This document shows, one piece after another, positions 41,551-51,014 of a stretch of 59,778 nt of DNA. Position 1 is the stretch's first letter. Every line of letters starts with the position of its first letter. Location of the stretch: IMG/VR virus record IMGVR_UViG_3300020043_002033, positions 1 to 59,778 of that record; one strand, given 5' to 3'. The DNA is from a virus (taxonomy: Duplodnaviria > Caudoviricetes). The notes under the pieces were generated by a model. The model made no database searches, was not told where the DNA came from, and was given only the letters and a program-made list of their open reading frames with translations. The translations under genes and the position numbers were made by a program.

Positions 41551-43386
41551 CTATGTGGCAATGTCTTGCCAATCTGCTGTTTGCGTATCTGATACGCTTG
41601 CCCATCCGGGCGTTTGCGGGTTGATTATAGTATTCCACCCTGCTGTCTGGCTATCGTTTACATCAGTCCATACAGGGGTCTGCGGGTTGGAAATTCCCGT
41701 CCAGTTCGGGGTTTGTCCGTCGTTGATTGGCTCCCAAACTCGCGGGTAGATTGCTGCTGCAAAACCTGTCACTCCGTACACGCCGAAGGACGCCATCACA
41801 ATCCGGGTCTTTTGTATTTGGGCTACTTGTCCAGCAACTGAATAGCTTCCAGTATTTGCACTTAGGGTAAACCCTTGAAGGATTTGTGCGGCTTGTCCGG
41901 TTACTGCGTAGCTGCCTGCATCTGCGGTGAGCAGTACGTTCCTGATTACCTGTGCTGCTTGGCCGGTAACGGCATACGATCCTGCGTCTGCATTCAGTGC
42001 GTTGGACTTTTGAACGGTTGCTGACTGTCCTGTAACCGCGTAATAGCCGGTTGCTGCGATTAGCAGTTTGTTCTGCGTGTAAACAACTGTGGCGTCTTGG
42101 CCGGTAACTGAGTAAGACCCGTTGTCTACCTGAAGGTTCCATCCCTTGTACAGCCCCGCGCTTTGTCCGGTGACAGTGTAGGTTCCGTTGTTACCTGTAA
42201 CAAGACGGCTAACCAGAATCTCGGCGTTGCCTACGTAGTACCCATCAACTACATAGCCTTCGTACACATACCCAGTGACGATGTTGTAGGTTCCGTACCC
42301 AGCAACGATGGCTTTGTTTCTGACAATGGTGGCAGACTGCCCGGTAACGCTGTAGCTTCCGTACGCGGCGTTCAGAGCGATAGAGGTCTTGATGCCTGCT
42401 GCTTGGCCGGTAACGCTGTAAGTTCCGTACGCTGCCGTGAGTACAAATGTCCGTGCAAAGTCAGCAGGCTGGCCTGTTACCGTATAGGTGCCATAGGCGG
42501 CGGTAAGTACTTTCCCAAGCGTAAGTGCAGCAGCTTGCCCGGTTACCGCATACGATCCTGCCGCCGCAGATACAACTTTCGACTTGCGAAGTGTTGCCGC
42601 CTGTCCTGTTACGGAGTAGGTTCCGTAGTCGGCGAATAGATTGTGTGCGTGGCTAAGAGTTGCCGATTGCCCGGTAACCGCGTACGTTCCATTTGCAGCA
42701 GATACAACCTTGGACTTGAGCAGTGTTGCTGCTTGACCGGTTAAGGTGTAGTCGCCATGCAGGCCATCAATGATGTACGAGTTAACTGGCGTGTACGTAA
42801 CAGAGGCATCTTGCCCTGTAACCGCATACGTTCCGTTATTTGCCGTGACAAGTTTTGACCTGAGCAGCGTGGCCGCTTGTCCAGATACAGAGTAGCTTCC
42901 AGCATCTGCCGTGATGGCATGGCTCAGAACCAACGCTGCGGCTTGGCCGTTTACAGCGTAAGTGCCGTTGTTGGCCGTAACCAGCTTAGACCGCAGCAGT
43001 GTGGCTGCTTGGCCTGATACCGTATAGCTGCCTGCATTGGCTGTGAGAGCGCGGTTGCGGTAGACCCCCGCTGCTTGGCCTAGTACCGTATAGGTGCCGT
43101 GGTTAGCGGTGAGAACGATTCCTCTGGATATCGTTACTGGTTGGCCTAATACACTGTAAGAACCGCTATTTGCGGTGAGCAGAAAGCCTTGAGAGATTGT
43201 TGCAGGTTGCCCGTTAACATCGTAGGTGCCGTGGTTGGCAACTACCTGAAAGCCCTGTGTGATCGAGGCGTCTTGGCCTGTGACGGCATAGGTGCCGTGG
43301 TTTCCTGCAATCGGATAGTTGCCACCGCCCGCATCAATCTGAAACGAGTCTTCTTGAAACGCGCCAGACTGAAAGGCCGTTGCCAC
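41551..43386 (-). CDS. repeat-built virion/tail protein
   Basis: About 20 copies of a ~25-aa unit (A..GTY.VTGQ.A.L); C-terminal QT..W repeats. Confidence 0.7.
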   Translation of the reverse strand: MATAFQSGAFQEDSFQIDAGGGNYPIAGNHGTYAVTGQDASITQGFQVVANHGTYDVNGQPATISQGFLLTANSGSYSVLGQPVTISRGIVLTANHGTYTVLGQAAGVYRNRALTANAGSYTVSGQAATLLRSKLVTANNGTYAVNGQAAALVLSHAITADAGSYSVSGQAATLLRSKLVTANNGTYAVTGQDASVTYTPVNSYIIDGLHGDYTLTGQAATLLKSKVVSAANGTYAVTGQSATLSHAHNLFADYGTYSVTGQAATLRKSKVVSAAAGSYAVTGQAAALTLGKVLTAAYGTYTVTGQPADFARTFVLTAAYGTYSVTGQAAGIKTSIALNAAYGSYSVTGQSATIVRNKAIVAGYGTYNIVTGYVYEGYVVDGYYVGNAEILVSRLVTGNNGTYTVTGQSAGLYKGWNLQVDNGSYSVTGQDATVVYTQNKLLIAATGYYAVTGQSATVQKSNALNADAGSYAVTGQAAQVIRNVLLTADAGSYAVTGQAAQILQGFTLSANTGSYSVAGQVAQIQKTRIVMASFGVYGVTGFAAAIYPRVWEPINDGQTPNWTGISNPQTPVWTDVNDSQTAGWNTIINPQTPGWASVSDTQTADWQDIAT

Positions 43387-43394
43387 TATTTACC

Positions 43395-43925
43395 TCATCG
43401 CTTGGTGAGCGTTACGTGCAGGTCAGATGCTACGTTGGTGTAGTGCTTGAGCGCAAACGCTTGGACTTCCTGAGCGCGTAAGCCCCATTCTTCTGACAAC
43501 GCAAAGCCGTAGCCAAAATCAAAGTCACATTTTATGTCGTACAGGCCGTGCGTCAACTTGTTGTCTTCGCGCCATTTCTTGTTGAAGTACAGGAACGACT
43601 CGGCAAACACCGGAGGCCAAGCATGGGTGAAATCCTGTGCTGCCCGGACTGATCCGCCAAACGGCACGACGATAACGGCCTTGCAGTCCTTCTTCAGGAT
43701 ACGGTAGACCTCTTCCATGAACGCTGGCCTTTGAAGACCGGGGATGTGTTCAAAGAAGTGGTTGCAGACAATCTCGTCCACGGAGTTATCTTTCCACGGC
43801 CACCGTGGTTTCATCAGGTCAACGACCTTATCCACACTGGGGGTCTTGTACTTGTCCACCCCAATGAAGCCTTCTGTGCGATTGTTTCCGCAGGCAAGAT
43901 CAAGTTTGATAGTCTTAGTCACCAT
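43395..43925 (-). CDS. class I SAM-dependent methyltransferase
   Basis: KLDLACG motif I, GVD, WPWKDNSVDEI...HFFEHI, EEVYRILK. Confidence 0.85.
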   Translation of the reverse strand: MVTKTIKLDLACGNNRTEGFIGVDKYKTPSVDKVVDLMKPRWPWKDNSVDEIVCNHFFEHIPGLQRPAFMEEVYRILKKDCKAVIVVPFGGSVRAAQDFTHAWPPVFAESFLYFNKKWREDNKLTHGLYDIKCDFDFGYGFALSEEWGLRAQEVQAFALKHYTNVASDLHVTLTKR

Positions 43926-44653
43926 ATCGTGTCTGGTTGGCCGAACGTCCCAGCGTAGTCGTAATGCCCGACTTTAACCGAGCAGTCAATTGCGGCTTTG
44001 TGTCCGTGTTTGAATGCGTCTGCCCAAAAATACAGGTCTTGGGTCGCTACCCCGGCTGAATCCGCCTGCGTCTTGAACCAAGGCTTGCGGAGCTTCTTGT
44101 CCTTGAACATATCCAGCCGGAATAGGTTAAACCCCATGCCCGTACCAACGCACTCCACCAACCCCCCATTAGGGTCAGGTGGCATAGGTTTGAAGTTCAG
44201 CGGTTCTTTGGGATTGCCCCAGATTTGAGGCTGTCCCCCTTCGCCTTTTGTCCAGTACAGCCCACCAACGCAGTCGTACTCTGGATGCGCTTCAGCAGAC
44301 TGAAGGAGCCTAAGATGCCCGTCCGCAGGGGGAAGGTTGTCATGCTCCATCGTCAGGATGTACTTGAACTTGGACAACTCTGGGTGTTCCAGAATCATCT
44401 CAATACAGCGGGTATAGGCTTCACCTACCTCTTGCCCCAGCGCCCACAGCACAACCCGCTTCTGATTCGGCGGGCTGTACAGGTTCATGAAGCTGGCTGC
44501 TACTTTTGTAGGCAGCATACCCAGCGCAGGGATCACGACAATCGTTGACAGGTCTTTGTAAGCTGCTGCTTTCTCAAGCCGCTTTACCGAAAGACTCAGG
44601 TTCTTGTTGTGATACCCCGCATCAAAGGTGGTGACAATCTGGGGTTCGATCAC
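43919..44653 (-). CDS. GT-A (family 2-like) glycosyltransferase-like protein
   Basis: YILTMEHDNLPP (DxD-like), VGGLY, GTGMGFNLF, QDLYF, VKVGH. Confidence 0.7.
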   Translation of the reverse strand: MIEPQIVTTFDAGYHNKNLSLSVKRLEKAAAYKDLSTIVVIPALGMLPTKVAASFMNLYSPPNQKRVVLWALGQEVGEAYTRCIEMILEHPELSKFKYILTMEHDNLPPADGHLRLLQSAEAHPEYDCVGGLYWTKGEGGQPQIWGNPKEPLNFKPMPPDPNGGLVECVGTGMGFNLFRLDMFKDKKLRKPWFKTQADSAGVATQDLYFWADAFKHGHKAAIDCSVKVGHYDYAGTFGQPDTIW

Positions 44654-44805
44654 GCAGGTACCTCTGCCAGATCAATGATGTAAACAGTGGCAGGCATGGG
44701 TTCACCTTGCTTAATGGCGTACACCAAAGTACCACCCGCAGTGCCAAGTACAAGGTAGCTGGCACCGTAGAGAACAATCACCGTTCCAGTATCACCGATT
44801 GCCAT
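44650..44805 (-). CDS. small hypothetical protein (51 aa)
   Basis: MAIGDTGTVIVLYGASYLVLG... fills the gap, stop overlaps the next GTG start. Confidence 0.5.
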   Translation of the reverse strand: MAIGDTGTVIVLYGASYLVLGTAGGTLVYAIKQGEPMPATVYIIDLAEVPA

Positions 44806-44806
44806 G

Positions 44807-45730
44807 TTATGCGTCCAGTTGGATGTACATACGAATGTTGCTCACGATACGCCTAGCATCTACAGGGAATGTAGCTGGCGGCGCATTGGAAGTTGCAGAG
44901 TATATGAACCCATTGTAGTTAGGGATGACTGAAGAGTTACTCACAGTCACTCCAGTAGGTGCCAGCCTACCAAATGAGCCGTTGGTCATGTTGTTTAGCA
45001 CAAGGTGCGACATACGCAATGCACCTGTATTACCTACAGAAGTGGTACTTTGCTTCATCATGAAGTAATACTCACCGCCCTCAGACAGCAGAGTTGCCAT
45101 AGGCATGGCAAGAATACGCTGCCCAGTCCAAGCAGAAGTACTGCCTGTACCCGCGCTGGAATACGTAGTGCTGGTAGCTCCTTGGCTGATGGTATAGCCG
45201 CCAGATGCGTTAGAGGAATACGATGCAATGATGGCAATGCTGGAAGACTGCATCAAGCCAATCTGCGTACTGCTTGCTCCCGTACCCAAAGAATACCAGC
45301 CATATTGAATGGTCTGACTAACTGCATGGCTGTTGTTACTTGTGGCGTTGTTCAGCGAAATGAACATATTTACCGCTGTCATCGTAACGTCCATTGCTGG
45401 CTTGACAGGCAGGAAGTACAACGTGTTCTGACCAAACGAAGAGTAGGCAGTACCTGCCAGCATGTTTGGTTCCATGAAACTTGCTGTGACTCCACCACCG
45501 CCACCAGCCGCAGCAGAGAAAACAAGTTTGGAGTTGGCTGTATCAGCACTCAGCGTGACGTTGTTGCCTGCCTGAAAAATAACGTCTGAGCCGCTAATCT
45601 GGGAACTGCCTAGCGTATTGCCAGACAGGTTGTACACCATCTTGTGGCCGCTATTCCAATCACTCGGCCTGACAACAGATGTGGCCGTGCCATCAGCTAC
45701 CGTTTGGGAGTAGAAATGCTGAATAGCCAT
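44807..45730 (-). CDS. tail/virion structural protein
   Basis: V.PSDWN..H N-terminal anchor, Gly linker, S/T-rich beta domain. Confidence 0.65.
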   Translation of the reverse strand: MAIQHFYSQTVADGTATSVVRPSDWNSGHKMVYNLSGNTLGSSQISGSDVIFQAGNNVTLSADTANSKLVFSAAAGGGGGVTASFMEPNMLAGTAYSSFGQNTLYFLPVKPAMDVTMTAVNMFISLNNATSNNSHAVSQTIQYGWYSLGTGASSTQIGLMQSSSIAIIASYSSNASGGYTISQGATSTTYSSAGTGSTSAWTGQRILAMPMATLLSEGGEYYFMMKQSTTSVGNTGALRMSHLVLNNMTNGSFGRLAPTGVTVSNSSVIPNYNGFIYSATSNAPPATFPVDARRIVSNIRMYIQLDA

Positions 45731-45732
45731 GA

Positions 45733-46368
45733 TTAGGCAAATGGTGGAGACTTGGTAAGCGTACCAAATCTGCTTGTCTGGTAGAAAAAATCTACGCCAA
45801 TCAAAAAAATTGGTGCGGCAAAAGTATCCCCTACGTTACCGCCATCTCGGAATATCCTAGTCAAAAACTTCATGTTCTGCTGAACCGACGCGCCGGGGAA
45901 CTTGTCGGCTTCTTGATTGAAATTTATGTAATTGGTGTACGCAACCCCATCGGCTTGACTAGCATTTATGTAGATTGTTTGAGATGCTCCAAACCTACTA
46001 GTTGCCCCATTCGGCCCGTAAGAAAAGGCGTAGGTAAACTCAACCCCAAACCGCACGTTGCCTGTTGCAGAACTGTTCCCCGGACTCCAGTGAATTCCTA
46101 TGTATAGGTCTGTACCCGGCGCCCAATCAAAAGGAACGTCAAATGTGACGTATGCCTGAGACATCTGCCCATTTGGATATGACCACAAGTAAATACCATC
46201 TCGGAAAACTTCCAAAGATGGAGCATTGGCCGTACCCTCACGGACTTCAGGCTCACCGGAGAACTGCGACCAAGACAGTGCTGTCCTAGCCGCAAGGTCT
46301 ACGAAGTTCCCATCCAGCTCACTGTACGTGAGCGGGGAACCCTTTACCTCACGTAGAGTGATTGTCAT
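45733..46368 (-). CDS. virion appendage protein
   Basis: R..KGSPLT..ELD.NF N-terminal anchor typical of fibre-like proteins. Confidence 0.65.
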   Translation of the reverse strand: MTITLREVKGSPLTYSELDGNFVDLAARTALSWSQFSGEPEVREGTANAPSLEVFRDGIYLWSYPNGQMSQAYVTFDVPFDWAPGTDLYIGIHWSPGNSSATGNVRFGVEFTYAFSYGPNGATSRFGASQTIYINASQADGVAYTNYINFNQEADKFPGASVQQNMKFLTRIFRDGGNVGDTFAAPIFLIGVDFFYQTSRFGTLTKSPPFA

Positions 46369-46779
46369 TTAGGTCGCTTGGAATACGCCGGTCGTTCCGT
46401 CGAGCGTTACCGTCACGGTTTCGCCAGCAGCAACTGCCTGCGAAGAACCGTAGTCCCAGTAGCCAACCGGAGTGGAAGTCGTGCTGTCCCACAGGATGGC
46501 GTAGCGGAAAGTAAATCCACCGCCAGTTGCAGTCCACACAGCAGGGCTGTTCAGCACCAGCTTGAACGTGCCAGCGGATTGCGTGGCAGATGAAGTGGTA
46601 GCTGCGTTACCGCCAGCAGTGTAGCCACCACCTGTTGCGAGGTCAGTGGTGCCGGGTGTAAACGTGGTGTCTGCGGCGTTGATGGTGTTGCTCAAAGCAA
46701 CTTTCCATGCGTCCGAACCGGCATTGATACCCTCAAGCAAAGGCTCAATCGCTGCGGTGTACTTGTTGTAGGTTGCCAT
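46369..46779 (-). CDS. virion structural protein
   Basis: KVAL...GYTAGG...W.A.GG....RYA.L.D...GYWDYGS pattern. Confidence 0.7.
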   Translation of the reverse strand: MATYNKYTAAIEPLLEGINAGSDAWKVALSNTINAADTTFTPGTTDLATGGGYTAGGNAATTSSATQSAGTFKLVLNSPAVWTATGGGFTFRYAILWDSTTSTPVGYWDYGSSQAVAAGETVTVTLDGTTGVFQAT

Positions 46780-46787
46780 AATAACTC

Positions 46788-47216
46788 CTAGGTAACTGAT
46801 CTGATCAAAGCACTATCTGCGGCGTTGGCAGGCATGGTGATCAAAAAGGTTGTGGTTGACGTCTTGTCAGCCCCGAAATCCAGCACAGCGATAGATTTAT
46901 TGCCCTTGCTGGAATTGTAGATCAACGCGCCTCTAGCGGTGATCGCCGCAGTCCACGATACATCAGCAAAATCCACGTAGGTAGTTTGTGCAGAAACCGT
47001 AGACGAAGTGTTTATGGTGATGCCCGTCAATTGAGAGCCACCGGGGTTGTAGCCTGATGCCACCACCTCGTTGGTCAGTGTGTAAACGGTGGTGCTTTGG
47101 TTAAGCGTGGCGGAGTTTGTGTACAGAGCAATCTTGATAACGTCTGTTAGCAGATCATGCACCCCTTGGTACAGTTCTGCCTTAAAGCTATTGGTCTGAC
47201 ACTGAGTGAGAGCCAT
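46788..47216 (-). CDS. virion structural protein
   Basis: SFK.EL..G.HD...KIALYT...ARGALIYN...AVLDFG.DKT pattern. Confidence 0.7.
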   Translation of the reverse strand: MALTQCQTNSFKAELYQGVHDLLTDVIKIALYTNSATLNQSTTVYTLTNEVVASGYNPGGSQLTGITINTSSTVSAQTTYVDFADVSWTAAITARGALIYNSSKGNKSIAVLDFGADKTSTTTFLITMPANAADSALIRSVT

Positions 47217-47869
47217 TACTGCACCTGTGTCCTAACTTGGCCGCTGCGATAAGCGTCCTGACGCAGCTTGCCGTCACCCAGATTCTTGAGCAATGCGATT
47301 GATTGCAGGTACATATCTTGGTAAAACTTAACCATGTCCTGCTCACCCTTCATAAACCGAATGGCTTCTACCAGCGCACCATTCAGAAGAGCAGAATCAA
47401 AGTTGTCACCAAGCCATGTTTCCTGTGCCGTGACAATACTTTCTGGGTAGAAGTAGTAATGCAGTTCTGCCGAGTAAACCACATTAGGCGTCGGGCCGAC
47501 AATAAAACTTAGCTCATTGGCAGCGTCTGACCGTGGGCCAAAGATAGCGTAGTACTTAGGCGCTCCTGTATCTGCCGCAGATGGATATGCTTCACGAATG
47601 AAGTTGACATCCTTGTTTAGCAGATATGAGTAGTCTGACGTTACCGGATCAATGATGGCAAGTGAAAACGCCGACAGGAAGTCCAGCGGGGCAGACAAGT
47701 ATTTGTTCCCTGCCGTCAGCACACCGGTAACATTCTTCCTGAGAGAAGGAAGCTGAACTGTGTTGTAAATACGCTGTTCCGTCTGCTTTGTAAACAGAGC
47801 GTACTCAGACGCTGTGAAAGTGTTTTCACAGATGTCAGCGATATTTGTACACAGATCAGTGTAGTTCAT
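47216..47869 (-). CDS. head-tail adaptor-like protein
   Basis: MNY..L...I......E.RIY...P.YYA...PTP......L.Y...P...LL.G.L.EA..F.K. Confidence 0.7.
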   Translation of the reverse strand: MNYTDLCTNIADICENTFTASEYALFTKQTEQRIYNTVQLPSLRKNVTGVLTAGNKYLSAPLDFLSAFSLAIIDPVTSDYSYLLNKDVNFIREAYPSAADTGAPKYYAIFGPRSDAANELSFIVGPTPNVVYSAELHYYFYPESIVTAQETWLGDNFDSALLNGALVEAIRFMKGEQDMVKFYQDMYLQSIALLKNLGDGKLRQDAYRSGQVRTQVQ

Positions 47870-48129
47870 GCCATCGGACCTCTAGCCATAACGCCTTTAG
47901 TGGCAGCGCCAGTACCGCGAATCTTGATGCCGCTGGTCTTTGGCTCTTTGTAGGCTTTGCTACGCATATCGGCCACGGACACAGCCAGATCACCAAGGGT
48001 GCCGCGATCACCACCTTCGTAACCAGCGCTCTTCAGGCTGACCTTACCGCCACTCATGGTGTGCGGCTTGGCGTAGACGGCAGCGTCACCAACTTCCTTG
48101 CCCATCATCTTTTTGCTGAACGTAGCCAT
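47866..48129 (-). CDS. small basic K/G/M-rich protein
   Basis: KTSGIKIRGTGAATKG.MARGPMA; coupled to neighbours. Confidence 0.7.
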   Translation of the reverse strand: MATFSKKMMGKEVGDAAVYAKPHTMSGGKVSLKSAGYEGGDRGTLGDLAVSVADMRSKAYKEPKTSGIKIRGTGAATKGVMARGPMA

Positions 48130-48257
48130 TATTTGCCTCGTTTCTGTGCAGCAACTTTAGCCAGATTGCGGCCAAGTTTCTTCATCTCTTCGTTGGTTTT
48201 GCCGCCGAAGCCACCTTTGCCACCGGTCTGGATGGGAACATTTTTCTGCGTAGCCAT
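48129..48257 (-). CDS. small basic peptide (42 aa)
   Basis: MATQKNVPIQTGGKGGFGGKTNEEMKKLGRNLAKVAAQKRGK; AGGAG SD. Confidence 0.6.
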   Translation of the reverse strand: MATQKNVPIQTGGKGGFGGKTNEEMKKLGRNLAKVAAQKRGK

Positions 48258-48265
48258 ATCTACTC

Positions 48266-48622
48266 CTAAGAGGTTTGCACCGTAACTATACCAACATAAC
48301 CGACTGACACCAAGGTATTTGGCGTAAGCGCGGCGTCAAAGAATTTTGATCCGCCTACGGGGTTCCAACCCCACTGAATGTCCCGATTCTGAACATACCC
48401 AGCAAAGTCAGGGCGTGGATCACGAACAGCCTGTGGGTCAGCAATTGGATACATACCAAGTTGCAACTGCGGTTGATCAGGTTCCCAGCATTCATTGCAG
48501 ACCTTTATGGCTACTTGTTTGGTCTTGATAACAAGGTTTTTAAGCTCCTTGAGCTTTACACGAATGCCACACCTGTCGCACTCCGCGATTGCCTTATTGC
48601 CAAGAGTAAACCTATTTGCCAT
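48266..48622 (-). CDS. Zn-finger hypothetical protein of the head module
   Basis: CDRCG...VC.EC.E...PQL...DPQA.R.PRPD. Confidence 0.75.
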   Translation of the reverse strand: MANRFTLGNKAIAECDRCGIRVKLKELKNLVIKTKQVAIKVCNECWEPDQPQLQLGMYPIADPQAVRDPRPDFAGYVQNRDIQWGWNPVGGSKFFDAALTPNTLVSVGYVGIVTVQTS

Positions 48623-48624
48623 GA

Positions 48625-49314
48625 TTAGGTGATGAACATCTGCCGTGGGACGAATCTGACCGCAGCCTTGTCGCGGTCTTCGTCAGACGCTTGGTTCCAT
48701 GCCTCGTCGTACTGAGCTTTGAGAACCTGCATACGCTCAAGCGCACCGGGAATCTTCATCGACAAGTAGTAGGCTAGGCCAGCAACCATAGCTGGAATCA
48801 TCCGGAACGGCACATCCATTGTGTTTACACCGTTACCTGCATCTTCAATCCTACGAAGCCTCCAGTACACCAATGTGTACGGTTGCGATCCATCAGGCAC
48901 AGGCCAGACAGTCACGCTAGGAGCATCCAGACGATTGATCAAAATCTGAATCGGCCTAGCCTGCGTCAGCTTGTTTGGGATGCTGGAGTAAGTAGAAACA
49001 CTGATACGGGTAATGGTCAGGTCTGCCTGAGTTGAGATACTTCCTGCCCCGGTGCGAATTACATGCTCAATCAGATCAACTGTTTCTGTAGGCAGAGCAT
49101 ACGTGGCAGTGCCTTGCACCAATGGGATCGAGCCTTGCTCAATAGTCCACATATTGATGCCACGGTTTGCCCAGTCAGCAAACAGTAAGTTCATGGAACG
49201 CCGTGCAGTCTTCAGGTCATAGCCGGTACGAAGCTCTGCGCCGCAGCGCTCAAAAGCCTCCTCAACTATTTCACTGAGGTCTAGGTTGAAGTCTGACGTT
49301 CCAGAGGTTGCCAT
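48625..49314 (-). CDS. head-tail adaptor / tail tubular protein A-like
   Basis: EEAFERCG...ARRS.NL...WANRG.N.WT...WPVPD...GLAYY. Confidence 0.75.
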   Translation of the reverse strand: MATSGTSDFNLDLSEIVEEAFERCGAELRTGYDLKTARRSMNLLFADWANRGINMWTIEQGSIPLVQGTATYALPTETVDLIEHVIRTGAGSISTQADLTITRISVSTYSSIPNKLTQARPIQILINRLDAPSVTVWPVPDGSQPYTLVYWRLRRIEDAGNGVNTMDVPFRMIPAMVAGLAYYLSMKIPGALERMQVLKAQYDEAWNQASDEDRDKAAVRFVPRQMFIT

Positions 49315-49317
49315 TAC

Positions 49318-49563
49318 TTACCCTTTAGCCGTCTTAGCAGATTGCTTGAAAGCGTTAGCTGTAGGCGCACCTTTTTGCCCCACAGAGCGCATCTTTTCAC
49401 CAGAGCCTTGAGCGATTCGCTTACGCTTTGCATGAATGTTTGCATACAACCCCACGTTTCCGCCTTCTGCGTATAAACCGACAGGCTCATTCCCATCCCG
49501 TTTAACGGTAGATTTGGGAATCTTGGAGGGGGCAATAGCCCCCATTCCACGGGATGCTCTCAT
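49318..49563 (-). CDS. small basic protein
   Basis: MRASRGMGAI...GLYANIHAKRKRI...GAPT..AFK.SAKTAK. Confidence 0.7.
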   Translation of the reverse strand: MRASRGMGAIAPSKIPKSTVKRDGNEPVGLYAEGGNVGLYANIHAKRKRIAQGSGEKMRSVGQKGAPTANAFKQSAKTAKG

Positions 49564-49829
49564 ACCACCTTGCCGCGAGTCTTGCCTCGCTGGGCGCAAC
49601 CGTCAATGGCACCGCCTTTAGCATAGCCCTTAACCTTGCCGCCTTTTTTCATAGCGGGAGGTGCAGCTTGGGCAGCTTGAGCGCCTTGATCCATTGCATC
49701 TTCACGAGCTTGCTTGATCATCATGGCGCGTTTAGCCCGCTCTTCGGGGCCAGCAACATCATCCATCGTCATTCCGGGGCGACGGGGCATGTAATTTTTC
49801 ATCCCAGCGCGAGTGCTACTTACAGGCAT
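49560..49829 (-). CDS. small basic protein
   Basis: AGGAG SD; MKKGGKV..YAKGG..DGCAQRGKTRG. Confidence 0.65.
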   Translation of the reverse strand: MPVSSTRAGMKNYMPRRPGMTMDDVAGPEERAKRAMMIKQAREDAMDQGAQAAQAAPPAMKKGGKVKGYAKGGAIDGCAQRGKTRGKVV

Positions 49830-49839
49830 TTTTGGCTCC

Positions 49840-50223
49840 TTAACATTTACCACCACGGTTCATCGTGATCATTTTGCCCTTGGTTTTACCCTTGGACTCT
49901 ACACCGCCACCTTTGGCGTACTTGCTAGGCTTGTCCATACCGGACTTGCCATGCACACCTTCAGCCTTTTCGCCCTTGCGATACAGAGCAGGACTCATGC
50001 GTTTGATCTTCATTTCCTTGGCTTCTTCAGCCTTGGTCTCTTTACCCATGAAGGGAGGGAGTTTCTTAGTAGCCATGTCACCACCTTTTGCAAATTTGCG
50101 ACCTTTGTCTGCCGCTGCGAAATCACGCCCCACGGATTGCGGGACACCTGCCTTCTTTGCAAACTCAGGGCTATGCGCCACGGCCTGCATGAAATTGTGC
50201 TGCTTCTTACTGCTGGATGGCAT
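49840..50223 (-). CDS. small basic protein
   Basis: MPS.SKKQHNFM.AVAH.P.FAKK.GVPQSVG.DF; three xxGG motifs. Confidence 0.7.
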   Translation of the reverse strand: MPSSSKKQHNFMQAVAHSPEFAKKAGVPQSVGRDFAAADKGRKFAKGGDMATKKLPPFMGKETKAEEAKEMKIKRMSPALYRKGEKAEGVHGKSGMDKPSKYAKGGGVESKGKTKGKMITMNRGGKC

Positions 50224-50452
50224 TATTGCCTCTCAAGCTGTCTAACTTACGCTCTATTCGATCAAACCTATCCAGCAACTGCTGCATGTCTGCCCTGAAT
50301 TCTGAACGGGTGATGTGATCTCGTGCAACTTCCTCGCGGGTTTTGTTCAACAGAATACTGAGCCGGTTCAACTCGGCAAACTTTTCTTTAATGACAAACC
50401 CCAACAGCGCCACGATAGCGGTCAAGACTACGTTCCAGATCATCATTTCCAT
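50207..50452 (-). CDS. single-TM coiled-coil protein
   Basis: Hydrophobic N-terminus, LLNKTREE.A..., DR.E.KLD. Confidence 0.7.
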   Translation of the reverse strand: MEMMIWNVVLTAIVALLGFVIKEKFAELNRLSILLNKTREEVARDHITRSEFRADMQQLLDRFDRIERKLDSLRGNNAIQQ

Positions 50453-50455
50453 GAC

Positions 50456-50701
50456 TCAACAGTTCCACGCTTTCAGGGATTTATTGATACGGCTGTTTGG
50501 GTCTTTGGCTGTCTTGGCGCTGGTCAGCTTGCTCTTCATGCCTTCCATCCGGGCGCAAAAAGAGTCTCGGCGTTTGCCGCCCTCGGGCTGAGGAGGTTTG
50601 AGGTTCATACCTTGGGCTTTGGCCGAAGCCCTGCCTTTGGCGTTCAAACCGCCCTTCTCGCTCTTGCCCTCTTTGCGCTGCCATGCCGGAGTCTTAGCCA
50701 T
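50456..50701 (-). CDS. small basic phage protein (DUF6321-like)
   Basis: GGLNAKGRAS...RRDSFCARM.GMK...DPNSRINKSL.AW.C. Confidence 0.75.
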   Translation of the reverse strand: MAKTPAWQRKEGKSEKGGLNAKGRASAKAQGMNLKPPQPEGGKRRDSFCARMEGMKSKLTSAKTAKDPNSRINKSLKAWNC

Positions 50702-50972
50702 AGAACACTACCGCAGTAGTAGACGCACCACAAACTGCCGAGATGTTAGTGTTGCACTTGATTCCCTCGCCGGGGAACAAAATATGCAATGAGCCAATAG
50801 CTGCTGGCGCTGTAAACGAGAACATCGCTGTTCCGCCCGTACCGTCGTTTAGTACAACCGTGCCGCCAGATGCGTGACTGATAGTCACACCTTTGATCCT
50901 AGTGGGGCCAGCAAAAATTGTGGTCGTTGCACCAGCCGCTGCCGCGCCAGATTTAACGTCTGTCTGCATCAT
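50694..50972 (-). CDS. small head-associated structural protein
   Basis: Beta-rich R.KG.......PGEGI......FYG pattern; GGAG SD. Confidence 0.65.
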   Translation of the reverse strand: MMQTDVKSGAAAAGATTTIFAGPTRIKGVTISHASGGTVVLNDGTGGTAMFSFTAPAAIGSLHILFPGEGIKCNTNISAVCGASTTAVVFYG

Positions 50973-50985
50973 ACCGTTCTCCTGT

Positions 50986-51007
50986 AAACAAGGGGCCGAA
51001 GCCCCTT
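50986..51007 (-). terminator. UUCG-capped hairpin / weak terminator
   Basis: AAGGGGC-TTCG-GCCCCTT followed by GTTT. Confidence 0.55.
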
Positions 51008-51014
51008 AGGTCAA

